Shown: positions 31,835 through 42,422 of the stretch, piece after piece | Position numbering within the stretch: position 1 is the stretch's first letter | Layout: each line of letters starts with the position of its first letter | Origin: an uncultured delta proteobacterium | GTDB lineage: Bacteria > Desulfobacterota > Binatia > UBA9968 | DNA length: 64,000 nucleotides | NCBI GenBank assembly: GCA_963760795.1 | Contig: CAVXEP010000019.1 | Span: 1-64,000, forward strand | Reading direction: 5' to 3' | Program-made: the position numbers and the translations under genes | Notes under the pieces: generated by a model | Told to the model about the DNA's origin: nothing | Database searches by the model: none | The model's input: only the letters and a program-made list of their open reading frames with translations

Positions 31835-33487
31835 CTACCGTATTTTCGCCGGTCCCCATAATGCCCGTCCAGGTTTTGCGCCGGTGTGCTCGCCGTCCTT
31901 GAGGACCTGCACGCCATTCACCAATACATGCTTCATACCGACCGAATACTGATGCGGGTTTTCATAGGTCGCCCGATCCGTGATAGTTGTCGGATCGAAG
32001 ACCACGACGTCAGCAAACATTCCCTCTTTGAGAAAGCCGCGATGATCGAGGCCGAGATTGGCTGCGGGCAGACCTGTTAGGCGCCGGATCGCTTCTTGAA
32101 GCGAAATTACTTTTTCCTCGCGCACATACTTGCCAAGGAGCCTGGCGAAGTTGCCGTATGATCGAGGGTGAGTTTCGGATTTTAAGAAAACCCCTTCGGG
32201 TGCGAGGGACGGTCCATCGGAACCGAAAGACACCCAGGGTTGGCGTAGAATCGTTTTGACGTTTTCCTCATTCATCAAAAAAAACACAGCCGTAATCCGG
32301 GAGCGATCCTCCCGGACCAGATTCAAGACCGTTTCGACCTCGTCCTCTCCACGCATGGCTGCAACTTCTGACAATGTTTTGCCGGTCAGTGGCCGCAACT
32401 TCTCCGACCTAAAGCTGATAAGAATTGTCCGGGGAATAGGACCCTGCGCGCGCATTTCCTTAATAATCCGACTACGGGTGACGGGATCTTGAAGCCTTTT
32501 GTAGAGCGCCGGGTTGCCGCCGCTATGCGCCCATGCAGGTATGCGCGAGCTCAATCCGGTCGCACTGGCAGTGTACATGTACATGTTGGCTGTGATCTTT
32601 AGCCCTTCTTGACGGGCATTCTCGATCCGAGCGATCACTCCGTCGATTCTGTCCCAGTTCCTTTCACCTGCCGTTTTCAAGTGGTAAATCTCGGCCGGCA
32701 ATCCGGCCTCGCGGCTGATCCGGATCAATTCCTCCACTGCCTGCAGCACTCGTTGCGCTTCACTTCGAAGGTGCGAGATGTATTTTCCTTGGTACTTCGC
32801 CGCGACTTTACATAGCTCGATCAGTTCCTCGGTTCGGGCATAGGTCCCAGGCGCGTAGATGAGAGCAGAGCCGATGCCAAGCGCGCCGTCCTCCATTTCG
32901 CGGCGCACAAGCGCCCGCATTTGTTCCAACTGCTCGGGCGTGGGTTGTGTATCTTCCTGCCCAAGCACGTGGTCGCGGATCGTTGCAGCGCCGATGAAAG
33001 AGGCTACGTTCGGAGAGATCCCGCGCTTTTCGAGGTAAGTGAGATATTCGGCGAGCGTTGTCCAAGAAATATCGTACTTGAAATCCCTTTGAGCGGCGAT
33101 AGCCCGGCGTTTCATCGCTTCATTGAGCGGGCCCATAGAGGTTCCCTCGCCGAAGATTTCGGTGGTCACGCCCTGACGGATATCGCCCTGTGAGCGGCCG
33201 TCGACAATCAACGAGACCACCGACCAAGAAAGCATGTTGATGAATCCCGGCGCGACGGCGAACCCTCGCGCATCGATGACATTCAGCGCGTCATCTCGTT
33301 CGAGCTTGCCAAGGGCGACGATACGGTCGCCTTTGATGCCCACGTCGGCTTGGATTGGAGCCGCGCCAGTGCCGTCGTAAACGGTGCCGTCTTTGATGAG
33401 AACGTCAAACTTATCCTGTTTCGCCTGGGACCATAGCAGTGCGGGAACGATCAGCGAAAACACTAGCAGGGTAGCGACTCTTTTCAT
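31835..33487 (-). CDS. exported N-acyl-D-amino-acid deacylase (D-aminoacylase family)
   Basis: VYDGTG, APGFINMLSW, QGVTTE, HPRSYGNFAR, ADVVVFDP, GEHTGAKPG. Confidence 0.88.
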   Translation of the reverse strand: MKRVATLLVFSLIVPALLWSQAKQDKFDVLIKDGTVYDGTGAAPIQADVGIKGDRIVALGKLERDDALNVIDARGFAVAPGFINMLSWSVVSLIVDGRSQGDIRQGVTTEIFGEGTSMGPLNEAMKRRAIAAQRDFKYDISWTTLAEYLTYLEKRGISPNVASFIGAATIRDHVLGQEDTQPTPEQLEQMRALVRREMEDGALGIGSALIYAPGTYARTEELIELCKVAAKYQGKYISHLRSEAQRVLQAVEELIRISREAGLPAEIYHLKTAGERNWDRIDGVIARIENARQEGLKITANMYMYTASATGLSSRIPAWAHSGGNPALYKRLQDPVTRSRIIKEMRAQGPIPRTILISFRSEKLRPLTGKTLSEVAAMRGEDEVETVLNLVREDRSRITAVFFLMNEENVKTILRQPWVSFGSDGPSLAPEGVFLKSETHPRSYGNFARLLGKYVREEKVISLQEAIRRLTGLPAANLGLDHRGFLKEGMFADVVVFDPTTITDRATYENPHQYSVGMKHVLVNGVQVLKDGEHTGAKPGRALWGPAKIR

Positions 33488-33514
33488 AAAAGAACTTTGA
33501 TCAACATCCGTGCA

Positions 33515-33803
33515 TCATACTCCCTCGTAATGTTCGACCGTGGGAAACGGCTCGTAGAAATGGTGCAGAAAGTGTTTCCATTCCTGATACTCGGCTGAGT
33601 TGCGAAAGCCTTCGGTGTGATCTTCGAGCCGTCGCCAGTGAACCAGTAGCAGGTTCTTGTTGTTAATTTCAATGCAGCGATGGAGTTCGTGAGAAATATA
33701 ACCCGGCATACCAGAGATGATGCTTCTTACTTGGGCGAACGCTTGTTCAAACTGCACCGATTTCCCCCGGCCGAACATTTAGAATGGCAGCTTCTAAGAT
33801 CCT
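33515..33803 (-). pseudogene. antibiotic biosynthesis monooxygenase (ABM) family gene with damaged 5' end
   Basis: HWRRLEDHTEGFRNS...HHFYEPFPTVEHY; N-terminal ILEAAILNVRPG is in another frame (G5 run) and the start position reads AGG. Confidence 0.65.
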
Positions 33804-33821
33804 TGACGGTCGCCTCGCTTG

Positions 33822-34337
33822 CTAGTGCTGATCGCTGATTGATTTGTCAGGAAACCACGCCATCGCAATATCGTCGATGAAGTTGCCGTCAGGCAGCTGT
33901 ATTCGTTTCTTGAACCGGCCTTCTTCGACAAACCCAAGCTTGGTATACAGATGAATCGCGCGCGCATTGCTAGCGCGAACTAGCAATTCAATCTTTTGCA
34001 CCTTGGGTGTCAGCCGCGCCCAGACCATCAAGTCATGCATCAGCATTTCGCCGATGCCCTGCCCAAGAAAACCTGGATGGACGACGACCGTCAGTCGAAA
34101 TACATGAGCGATCGCTTCGAGTGGCAGCGGTTCCAAGAGCGCATGGCCAACAACTTGATCATCCTTCTCCGCGACAATATAACGGCCGGCGGTGTCGAGT
34201 TCAGCGATCTTTTGGTCAAAAGCAGCGAGATTCAATTCGTGCGGGCGCGACACCAGCAGGCCTGGAGTCGCCGCGGTTTGCTGCTCCGCGGCGACAAGGC
34301 TCCTGGCATCGTTGCTTGTAGCGTTCCGTATCCTCAT
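33822..34337 (-). CDS. GNAT acetyltransferase
   Basis: VHPGFLGQGIG, NARAIHLYTKLGF. Confidence 0.9.
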   Translation of the reverse strand: MRIRNATSNDARSLVAAEQQTAATPGLLVSRPHELNLAAFDQKIAELDTAGRYIVAEKDDQVVGHALLEPLPLEAIAHVFRLTVVVHPGFLGQGIGEMLMHDLMVWARLTPKVQKIELLVRASNARAIHLYTKLGFVEEGRFKKRIQLPDGNFIDDIAMAWFPDKSISDQH

Positions 34338-34365
34338 GAGTCAAACCCGATCCTATGTTTGGTAA

Positions 34366-35088
34366 CTATTTTGCCCGCGCTTTACACACGAAGTACAACC
34401 GTTCCGACCGATCCGATGGCCGCGCGCCTTCGGGGTCGAACACTTTGATTTCGGTGAAATAGGCTCGCAAGGAAGTCAAAATACGCTGCATCGGAAACGC
34501 GGTCTCTTCGATGGTCTCGGCGATCAGTTTATAGTCATCGCGTCTGCGATGCTCAAAGATTTTCACGTCCCATGCGAATACTCCTCCGCGCCCGCCGTTC
34601 ACTTTGATGAGCACTAGATCCCGGCCGAACTGTTTAACCCATGGCGCACCATCGACGAGGCGTTGCAGCTTGCCCGTGGTATTCACATCACAAACAAAAA
34701 CTCCGCCGGCATTGAGATGTCGGGCAACGCAACGAAAGGTTTTCTTCCAGTCGGAAAATCGCTGCAGGTGATTGATCGAGTCGAAGGCACAGACGATGGC
34801 GTCGAACCGGCGGTCGAAGTGAAAGCTCGTCATGTCCTGCCGGAAAAGGCGGATATGCGGCAGCCTCGCGCGCGCGATCGCGAGCATGGGCCGAGAGCGA
34901 TCGAGGCCGGTGACATCGTAGGATTCGGACAGGCGGCCCAATATGCCGCCGGTGCCGCAAGCGATTTCCAACAGCGTCTGCGCGCGCGGATGGTGATGCT
35001 CGATGAGATCGTGAATGAAGTTCGCCGCATCCGCTCGATCGCCCATGACCTGGTCGTAGAACCTTGAGAATCTGTCGTAGGGTGTCAT
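34366..35088 (-). CDS. class I SAM-dependent methyltransferase
   Basis: LLEIACGTG, GLDRS, QDM, HLNAGGVF. Confidence 0.9.
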   Translation of the reverse strand: MTPYDRFSRFYDQVMGDRADAANFIHDLIEHHHPRAQTLLEIACGTGGILGRLSESYDVTGLDRSRPMLAIARARLPHIRLFRQDMTSFHFDRRFDAIVCAFDSINHLQRFSDWKKTFRCVARHLNAGGVFVCDVNTTGKLQRLVDGAPWVKQFGRDLVLIKVNGGRGGVFAWDVKIFEHRRRDDYKLIAETIEETAFPMQRILTSLRAYFTEIKVFDPEGARPSDRSERLYFVCKARAK

Positions 35089-35240
35089 CAGTTACCGTCT
35101 TACTTTGAGCACAGCGTGTTCGCGTCAAGATGGAATCTTTTCCACGATCCGAAAGGTTTTTCGTCGATGGTGAATTCAAGCGCGGCGCGGCAAAAATAGT
35201 TGAGGCTGGCGCACTGCCGGACTCAGATGGTGCGCGACCG

Positions 35241-36128
35241 TTACTTGCGCTGTGCGAGAATCTTCAGGGCAGCTTTTTTGACTTTCATGTCCCGGTCATC
35301 CAGCAGAGCTTCTATCTCCCTTGGAAATCCTTGCATCGCGGCCTGCGCTGCATCCTCGGCTAATCTTTTAATCGCCAAGCCGCGAATCCTCGGGTCCGTA
35401 TCCTTAAGAAGCTTTCGGTAGACTTCGATGTGGTCTCGCGTCTCGGCTAACAGGCCGAAACAAGCGAGCGCATCGAAGCGCATGGCGGGTTCATCATGTT
35501 CCAAGCATTTCAGATAGACCTTGATGACGTCCTGCCGTTTCGCAGCGAAGCGCCAGAGGTTGAGCAGGATGGCGTGCTTTTGTTCCGAACCACCGTGCTC
35601 CAGCCGTTCTAGCAGAAGCGGCAGGATGCGATCGTCCCTGAGATTGCACAGCGCATTCACCGCCGTTTGCCGAACTTGCTCGTCGCTGTCATAGAGCCGC
35701 TCGATCAGGGGAATCCCCGCCTCAACGTTTCCCTTCCATCCCAACGCGAAGGTTGCGTGGAGTCTCAGATCGCGATCCGCGCTTGCGATGTCGTTGAGGA
35801 GCTTGTCGATCAGCGATCGAGCATCTTTCAACAACGGACCCATGACGCTTATCTGGATCGCGGCGTGCTGGCGAATTTCTTCGTCTTCCGCGCTGTCGGT
35901 CATGATTTCATACAACGGCCCAATGCATTGTTCATTGGCAAAGGTGCCGAGCACGAATAGTATTTCTCTTTTAAGCTCCCGGTCGGCGTGCTTGAGGGCT
36001 CTTAAGAGCAAAGGAATCGCCTGATCGCGCTCGTCAACGAACAGGTCGACGGATGCAACATAATTCTGAGCTTTCTCAAGAATCCGTTGTTTCGACTCGA
36101 ATTCGATTACGCGGGTGGTTTTTTTCAT
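35241..36128 (-). CDS. HEAT-repeat protein
   Basis: Repeated LxDxDxxVRxxAxxAL helical units. Confidence 0.85.
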   Translation of the reverse strand: MKKTTRVIEFESKQRILEKAQNYVASVDLFVDERDQAIPLLLRALKHADRELKREILFVLGTFANEQCIGPLYEIMTDSAEDEEIRQHAAIQISVMGPLLKDARSLIDKLLNDIASADRDLRLHATFALGWKGNVEAGIPLIERLYDSDEQVRQTAVNALCNLRDDRILPLLLERLEHGGSEQKHAILLNLWRFAAKRQDVIKVYLKCLEHDEPAMRFDALACFGLLAETRDHIEVYRKLLKDTDPRIRGLAIKRLAEDAAQAAMQGFPREIEALLDDRDMKVKKAALKILAQRK

Positions 36129-36158
36129 AAAATCGGGATCGCGAGGATGTAAGATTTT

Positions 36159-36681
36159 TCACGCATCGTGAATTCCCGTTCCAAGCTTTGGAACGACATG
36201 CCGCCCAACAATTATCAGATCGCGCTCCACGCCGTCCAGCTCGGCGACGCGCGGCAAAACGCCCCAGCGGTGAAAGCCGAATTTCTCGAATAGCCGCAGG
36301 CTCGCGTCGTTGTGGGCGAAGATGAAACCGAGGAGAGTTTTCAACCCCAAGTCGCGGCGCCTGCACGACCGCTTGAGAGAGCAGCGCGTTGCCGATTCCT
36401 TTGCGCTGCCAGTTCGGAGCGATGTAAACGCTCAACTCAGCGGTCGCATGATAGGCAGGGCGGCCATAGAACGATTGAAAGCTGAGCCAGCCGGCGATGA
36501 TATCGTTTTGCACCGCGACCCAAAGCGGCCGCGCGTTCGGATTGTGTTCATGGAACCAGTCACGCCGGCTTGCGACGGTTACCGGTTGGGTATCGGCCGT
36601 GGCCGCCCGTCCTGGAATGGACGCATTGTAAATTGCGACAATGGCCGGAAGATCAGCTACTATGGCATCTCGAATCGTCAT
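36159..36681 (-). CDS. phosphinothricin-acetyltransferase-like GNAT, frameshifted near 36345
   Basis: FYGRPAYHATAELSVY, RKGIG then FIFAHNDASLRLFEKFGF in second frame. Confidence 0.85.
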
Positions 36682-36692
36682 GCTACTTGGCT

Positions 36693-37392
36693 TTACAATC
36701 TCAGCTCGATGCCGAAAATACCCAACACTTCAGACAACGTCGAAATACTTTTGCCTTGCCACTCACGCGCTTCTCGGCGGATTTCCCTGTGCGATTCCGC
36801 TGTCTTGATCAGCACCGGCTGCATGCCGACTTGCGCGGCGGCGGTTAGCTCGTAGTTTTCACCATCGGCGACATACAGGCATTCTGTCAGGTCCAACGCC
36901 AAGGCGTTCGCAGGCGAGATGATAGATTTCCCGAGCCGGTTTCTTGATCCGTTCGCGGCTGGAGAAGACTGTCGAATCGAAAAGTTCAGCGAATTCGGTT
37001 TCCGGCCAGACGATGGGGATTTCGATGGAGCAATTGCTGAGCAAGCCGATTTTGAAACCGTTGATTTTTAGTTGTGCGAGGGTTGTGACGGCGTCAGGTC
37101 GTGGCGTCAGCGCCCGTCGGGTAAGTTGCAGGCGGGTTTCAACCGCCCGAGCCATTTGCTCGTCTGTCACCGACGCGCCGATGATATCGCAGACATACTC
37201 GATGCTCGCCTCGACGGTTTGAAACTCGCCCAGACTCCGCCGGTCGGTCAGTTGTCGCCAGTGCTGCATGAAGGGATCGTAGGGTAGACCGAGCGCCGCG
37301 GGGAACTCTGCATGGTTCGAACCGGCGGACGCCGCGGCGAAGTCGTCGACGATGGTCCCGAATAGGTCGAAGATGACCGCTTGAAACTTCAT
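36693..37392 (-). CDS. HAD-superfamily hydrolase, frameshifted near 36895
   Basis: IFDLFGT, LLSN, KKP, CLYVADG. Confidence 0.87.
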
Positions 37393-37944
37393 TTAACGAA
37401 CCTTTGCGTACACAAAACAGTCTCTTGGCTCGGCTGAGACGTTCGGATGAACGATATATCGCCTAAGAATACCTTCGCGCTGCATGCCGACTTTTTCCAG
37501 CACCCGTGCCGATGCCTTGTTCTCCACATCGCATACCGCCCAAACACGATAAATGGTTGCGAGCCGGATCGCCCAATCGACAATTGCCGTCGCCGCTTCC
37601 GTGACATATCCACGGCCCCAGAAGGCGCGTCCGAGGACATAACCGATGTCGGCTGCGTGTTCACGCGCACGGCAGCCGATCATTCCGATGGCGCGATCGT
37701 CCCCAGGTAGCGTGAGTACCCATGAATACTCTTCACCGGAATCCCATCTGGAGAGCCGCGACTGCAAGAATGGGGCAACCTCGTTTTGATCGTTGTAGGG
37801 GAGCCAGGTCACATACCGCGTCACCTCTGGATCGCTGGCATAGTTGGCGAATATGTCTCCCGCATCGGACATGCGGGGTCGCCGAAGTATCAGACGTTCT
37901 GTCTCGAATACTCCGGGCGGAGCAATTGAACGAGTTTGTTCCAT
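37393..37944 (-). CDS. RimJ/RimL-type GNAT acetyltransferase
   Basis: ETERLILR, WGRGYVTEA, NKASARVLEKVGM. Confidence 0.9.
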   Translation of the reverse strand: MEQTRSIAPPGVFETERLILRRPRMSDAGDIFANYASDPEVTRYVTWLPYNDQNEVAPFLQSRLSRWDSGEEYSWVLTLPGDDRAIGMIGCRAREHAADIGYVLGRAFWGRGYVTEAATAIVDWAIRLATIYRVWAVCDVENKASARVLEKVGMQREGILRRYIVHPNVSAEPRDCFVYAKVR

Positions 37945-38034
37945 GAGCAATTTTCCAATGACTATTACCGCCCTACACGTTCAAGCGGCAAGTCGAACTC
38001 GCGGTGGGTCGTGAAGTCGGCCTCTGCTCCACCC

Positions 38035-39228
38035 TCAAAAAACATCCATGGTCGGAAATTTAGCTTCGCCATTTATACAGTCCCACAGATACACGGCAAG
38101 GCCGACGTCGCCTGTCCAGAGCGAGTAGCGGCGGTGTCCGTACTCCCTGGCGTGCCGCTCGCTCTGCTCGATGGCGTGCATCGCGAATGCACGCGCGCGC
38201 TCCAGCCACTTTGCGTCGCCGGTCCTGCGATAGAGTTTTAGAAAGGCGTAGCCATTGCCGGCGGTGCCGTGACACAGGTTCGGGCCTTTTGTCAGTGGCC
38301 CCGCTCTCCATATGAGTTCGCCACCTTTTACCAATAATCGATCGAATACCTCGTCCGCACCGGACGGGAGGTCGGCAAGACAGGTGATCATGCCGGGCGC
38401 GCCGTGACAATGTTGAACGAGATTACCCGTACCGCCCAAGCCCGCAGGCCAATTGGCGTAGACAGCGTCGGCCTTCGCGCTACGTTCAAGAGTTTCCTTA
38501 GCCCGTGACTCGACGAGTGACAGGGTTTGTGAGTCGAGATATTTGCGACCCTTGAGGATTGCGAAAACATTTGCCGCAAAACCATGCACAGCGCCAAGGT
38601 AAATACTCGACCGTCCATACAGGTCCTGAGTCCAGACGTAGCAGTTGTGCTCCTCGTTCTTTTCCAGTTCGCTTATGAGCTGTCCAACATTTCGCAGGTA
38701 GACTTCCTTCCAGCGCTCATCGCCAGTTGACTCGAGCATAAAAAGCGCAGCCAACATGGTTCCAGGCGCGCCCCACATGAGTTCCCGCGCCGGGTTCGTC
38801 ATGTTTGCCTCGACGGCTTGAAAGATTTGGTCAGCCAGAGCATCGCTCGGAGAGAGGCGCCATTGCACCAGTAATATTCCGACATCACCCATAAGGTACG
38901 AATTTGTCTGCGGGCCACGGAGCTTCATATCGGCGCGATTTTTCGCAGCCAGATCGACGAGCGAGTTCGCATAGTCGAGCTTCATCGCCGTCGCGCCAAC
39001 GACGTTTAGATAATCCAGCGCCCATATGACTCCCGCCGCGCCGAAATAGAGCATCCGAAAAGGCTCGGTCGGTGTGTCAGTGAATTTGTCGAGAGGATGA
39101 ATCGGCCAAAGTTTTTGCGGATCGAAGCGCCCATGAGTATCTCGGACGATCCGATCGATGGCTTCAAGCGCCAATTCCTGGTTCCATTCTGCCTCGATGA
39201 GCGGTTCGTGTCTTGCTTCTTCGTACAT
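38035..39228 (-). CDS. LanC-like (lanthionine synthetase C-like) protein
   Basis: LYFGAAG, ELMWGAPG, GAVHG, QHCHGAPG, NLCHGTAGNG, SLWTGDVG repeats and Zn-ligand motifs. Confidence 0.9.
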   Translation of the reverse strand: MYEEARHEPLIEAEWNQELALEAIDRIVRDTHGRFDPQKLWPIHPLDKFTDTPTEPFRMLYFGAAGVIWALDYLNVVGATAMKLDYANSLVDLAAKNRADMKLRGPQTNSYLMGDVGILLVQWRLSPSDALADQIFQAVEANMTNPARELMWGAPGTMLAALFMLESTGDERWKEVYLRNVGQLISELEKNEEHNCYVWTQDLYGRSSIYLGAVHGFAANVFAILKGRKYLDSQTLSLVESRAKETLERSAKADAVYANWPAGLGGTGNLVQHCHGAPGMITCLADLPSGADEVFDRLLVKGGELIWRAGPLTKGPNLCHGTAGNGYAFLKLYRRTGDAKWLERARAFAMHAIEQSERHAREYGHRRYSLWTGDVGLAVYLWDCINGEAKFPTMDVF

Positions 39229-39332
39229 GAGAATGCCTCGATATCAGCGTGCGGTGTCGTGCAAAAGGCCGTCCTGCTCGGTCTTGTTGGGATCGAGGAC
39301 GGTTAGTCTCATGAAGCGCTCAGTCTACCCAG

Positions 39333-40193
39333 TTAGCTTGTGGTGCCAACGGCAATCCTAGACAGGCAAAAGGTGTCGCCATGGAACCAGCAGCCATCAC
39401 TCGCCTTATGCTTGTCTCGGCGCAGTGACTGGACCGACTTCTCGTCGTCTCGCTTGAATGCTGCCGTCAATTTCTTATTCAAGGCTGCGTCACGAGCGCC
39501 GGCGCAAGGAAAAATGCCGACGCGAGAGACGAACGAGGCAGCGAACCCTGCGGGTTCACGCGTGATCTTGACTATTGCTCCTTCAGTGCCACCTTCCTCG
39601 CCGGTAACCGTTAGCGGAAGTATGAGTCGTCCGTCAGGCCGCAACGAGTCCAGCCAGATTGAGCGCGGATGCGTAGCCCCGGCATTAACCAGTATCGCAT
39701 CGCAGGGTCCAGGGTCTTCTTCGCCGCCGTCGCCCTCGATGATTTTGACCTGCGTCAGATAGCGCAGATTACTCTGTGCCCGTCGAGCGAGTTCGGAGTC
39801 GATCTCCATCGCAGTAACCTGTCCGGTCGGACCGACAATGTCGGCCATGACCGCGCTGTAGTAACCAGGGCCGCAACCGATGTGGACTACATGATCTGCT
39901 GCCTTTAGTTTCAATTGATCTATTAAAAAAGCAAGAAAGCTGGGGTGTCCGTTGTTAAGATGCTGCTCCGCATCAATGACGACCAGCAGATTATGATACA
40001 GGTGTTTCGGATCAGCATCCGTGGTGGTCCAAACGGACTCTAGTCCGGGACTGAATACCTGCCAGGGTCCTGGGCCGAGGAAATGTTCGCGGGGAACTTT
40101 GGCGAATGCCCGCACCAGCGCTGCCGATTGGAGATTGGACACCGCACGCAGCTCTTCGGCGTAGTAGTGACGTATTTCGTCTAGGTCACCCAT
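39333..40193 (-). CDS. protein-L-isoaspartate O-methyltransferase (PIMT)-family protein
   Basis: AFAKVPREHFL, VVHIGCGPGYYSA, DAILVNAG, LRPDGRLILP. Confidence 0.85.
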   Translation of the reverse strand: MGDLDEIRHYYAEELRAVSNLQSAALVRAFAKVPREHFLGPGPWQVFSPGLESVWTTTDADPKHLYHNLLVVIDAEQHLNNGHPSFLAFLIDQLKLKAADHVVHIGCGPGYYSAVMADIVGPTGQVTAMEIDSELARRAQSNLRYLTQVKIIEGDGGEEDPGPCDAILVNAGATHPRSIWLDSLRPDGRLILPLTVTGEEGGTEGAIVKITREPAGFAASFVSRVGIFPCAGARDAALNKKLTAAFKRDDEKSVQSLRRDKHKASDGCWFHGDTFCLSRIAVGTTS

Positions 40194-40231
40194 TGCCCAC
40201 CCTTTCCTTTGGCTAAGAGTTTGGTCTTTCG

Positions 40232-40291
40232 TTACTCAAATATCCAATCCTGCACATCGCACACCGGTCGGTAGCCGATCTTCTGGTAGAT
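40232..40291 (-). pseudogene. C-terminal remnant of a GNAT gene
   Basis: Reads IYQKIGYRPVCDVQDWIFE-stop, resembling the final GNAT motif, with no intact upstream frame. Confidence 0.6.
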
Positions 40292-40459
40292 GATTGCGAT
40301 TATTTGCGCACAGATTAACACGGTCGGCATTGTGCTCTCGCCATTCCCGTGCAGAACGGAACTCCATGACCTCAGCCCCTTCCGGATTCAGGTTCGCGCC
40401 GGCGATTGCCAGCTTGCCCGGAATGACGGACAAATAGGATAACGAATGGCGTGCGCGGT

Positions 40460-42386
40460 TTACAGATTCTCGATCTCGACCGGTTCCACCGGCTCCGCCA
40501 ACTCGAAGCCAAACACTTTCGAGTAGAAATAGAGCTCGGCTTCCAACACGCGTCTGATGTTTTCCGCTTTGCGGAAGCCGTGCTGCTCGCCTTCGAAGGT
40601 CAGATAGGCCACCGGGAGTTTCTTGGCGCGCACGGCTTCGACCATTTTCTCGGCTTGATTGGGCGGGACGACTTTGTCTTCCAGGCCTTGGAAGATGATC
40701 ATGGAACAATTTAACTTTTCGGTGAAGTGGATCGGCGAGCGGGCGACGTAGAGATCGCGCCGTTCGGGGTAGGGGCCGATCAGTCGATCGAGGTAGCGCG
40801 ACTCGAATTTATGGGTGTCTTTGGCCAGCGCTTCCAAGTCGCAGATGCCGTAGTGGCTGGCACCGGCTTTGAAAACGTCGCGGAAGGTGAGGGCGCACAG
40901 TGTCGTGTAACCGCCGGCGCTGCCGCCACGAATCGCCAGGCGGTTACCATCGACTTCGCCGCGCTCTGCCAGATAGCGCGCGCCGTTGGCGCAGTCGTCG
41001 ACATCGACGATACCCCATTTGCCGTTCAATCTTTCACGATAGGCGCGGCCGTAACCGGAGCTGCCGCCGTAATTGACATCGAGCACGGCGACGCCGCGGC
41101 TGGTCCAGTATTGGATCGAATATTTTAGCGAGCCTGAGCTCGACGAGGTCGGTCCGCCGTGGCTCATGACCAACAGCGGCGGCTTTTCATTCGCCGGCGG
41201 GGTGTAGTCGCGGTTCTTCGGCGGGTAGAAATAACCATGCGCCGTCAGGCCCTGTTCGGTTGGGAATTCGACGGCGCGCGCTGCGGAGAGATAGCCGGCG
41301 TCGACGCCTGTCTGGCGTGATCTGCGCAGCACTTCGAGTTTATCGGCCGACAGATCCAAGGCGACGACGGCGCTCGTCTCCATCGCCGACGCGCCGATGA
41401 AAACCACGCGGTCGGCGGCGACGCGAACTTGGGAAATCGCCGAATAGGGAAGTTCGATGGCGCGCAGGGTTTTCGTCTCCGGTGTCGAGCGCGGCGAGAT
41501 AGTCAATGCCGTCCCTGGTGTAGCTACAGACAATTTGTCGTTCGGATGCGAAGCCATAGAGCGAGCCGCCGAATGCCCATTGCGGCTGGCCGAACTCCGC
41601 TGCCATGGGGCACAGCGCTTCAACTTGGTTGTCGCGCCAGCGGTAAAGATTCCACCAGCCGGTGCGGTCAGAAATAAAATGCAGCACGCCTTCTGGGGAC
41701 CACTGGGGCTGGTAAATGGATTCGTTAGCGCCACCGGCAAGGAGGTGGCGCTCGCCCACCGATCCGTCACCGTTTAGCTGGGCGAGCCAAAGTTCAGTGC
41801 CATCCCACGGCATGTTGGGATGATTCCAACTGAGCCAGGCCAGCTGTGAACCGTCTGGACTCAAACGCGGCGACGAATAGAAGTCATTCCCTGATAGCAC
41901 GACGGCGCCGCCGTCGTCGCTGTCGAGATCGAGGGCGACGACAGTATTGACCGCTTCGCCCGAGCCCGTGTGGTCCTCGCGGACGGTGTAAAAAAGATTT
42001 CTCCGCCGATCGAATTGTCCGTCGGCGAAACGTCGCGCTGCGCTGGAAGTTAGCGGTCGCGGTTGCGCGTCAACGGGCTGGAGGTAAAGCCGTTGATCGG
42101 TGAAATTCGAGAAGACAATAGTTCGATCGGCGACCGCATAATCGCCGCCGCCATACTCGTGTACGCGGGTGCGGGCGTTGAATCCCGCTGGCGTGACATC
42201 GGTGATTTCTCCGTTTGCCGCGCGCCGCACGATAACTTTGCGCCCGCCTTCTTGCGCGCGCCGCTCGATCCAATAGATGTCCTGGCCGTCGATGCGGATT
42301 TGTTCGAGGCCGATTTCACCGCCGCCAATCAAATCGGCTGTGATTGGCGACTTCCACGAGCCGTAAGGGGAGATGATTGGACTCAT
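40460..42386 (-). CDS. S9 family serine peptidase, frameshifted near 41475
   Basis: [28 protein letters not shown] nucleophile, [15 protein letters not shown]. Confidence 0.92.
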
Positions 42387-42422
42387 AAAATGGTTCGTTT
42401 CATTTATTCTAGCAATTTTGTA

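Noticed and set aside
39242-39312. Lanthipeptide precursor between the PIMT-like and LanC-like genes
   Set aside because: 22-codon ORF has no Cys, no leader motif and no clear SD
33515-40193. Integron cassette array
   Set aside because: No RYYYAAC...GTTRRRY attC structures in the spacers I read and no intI
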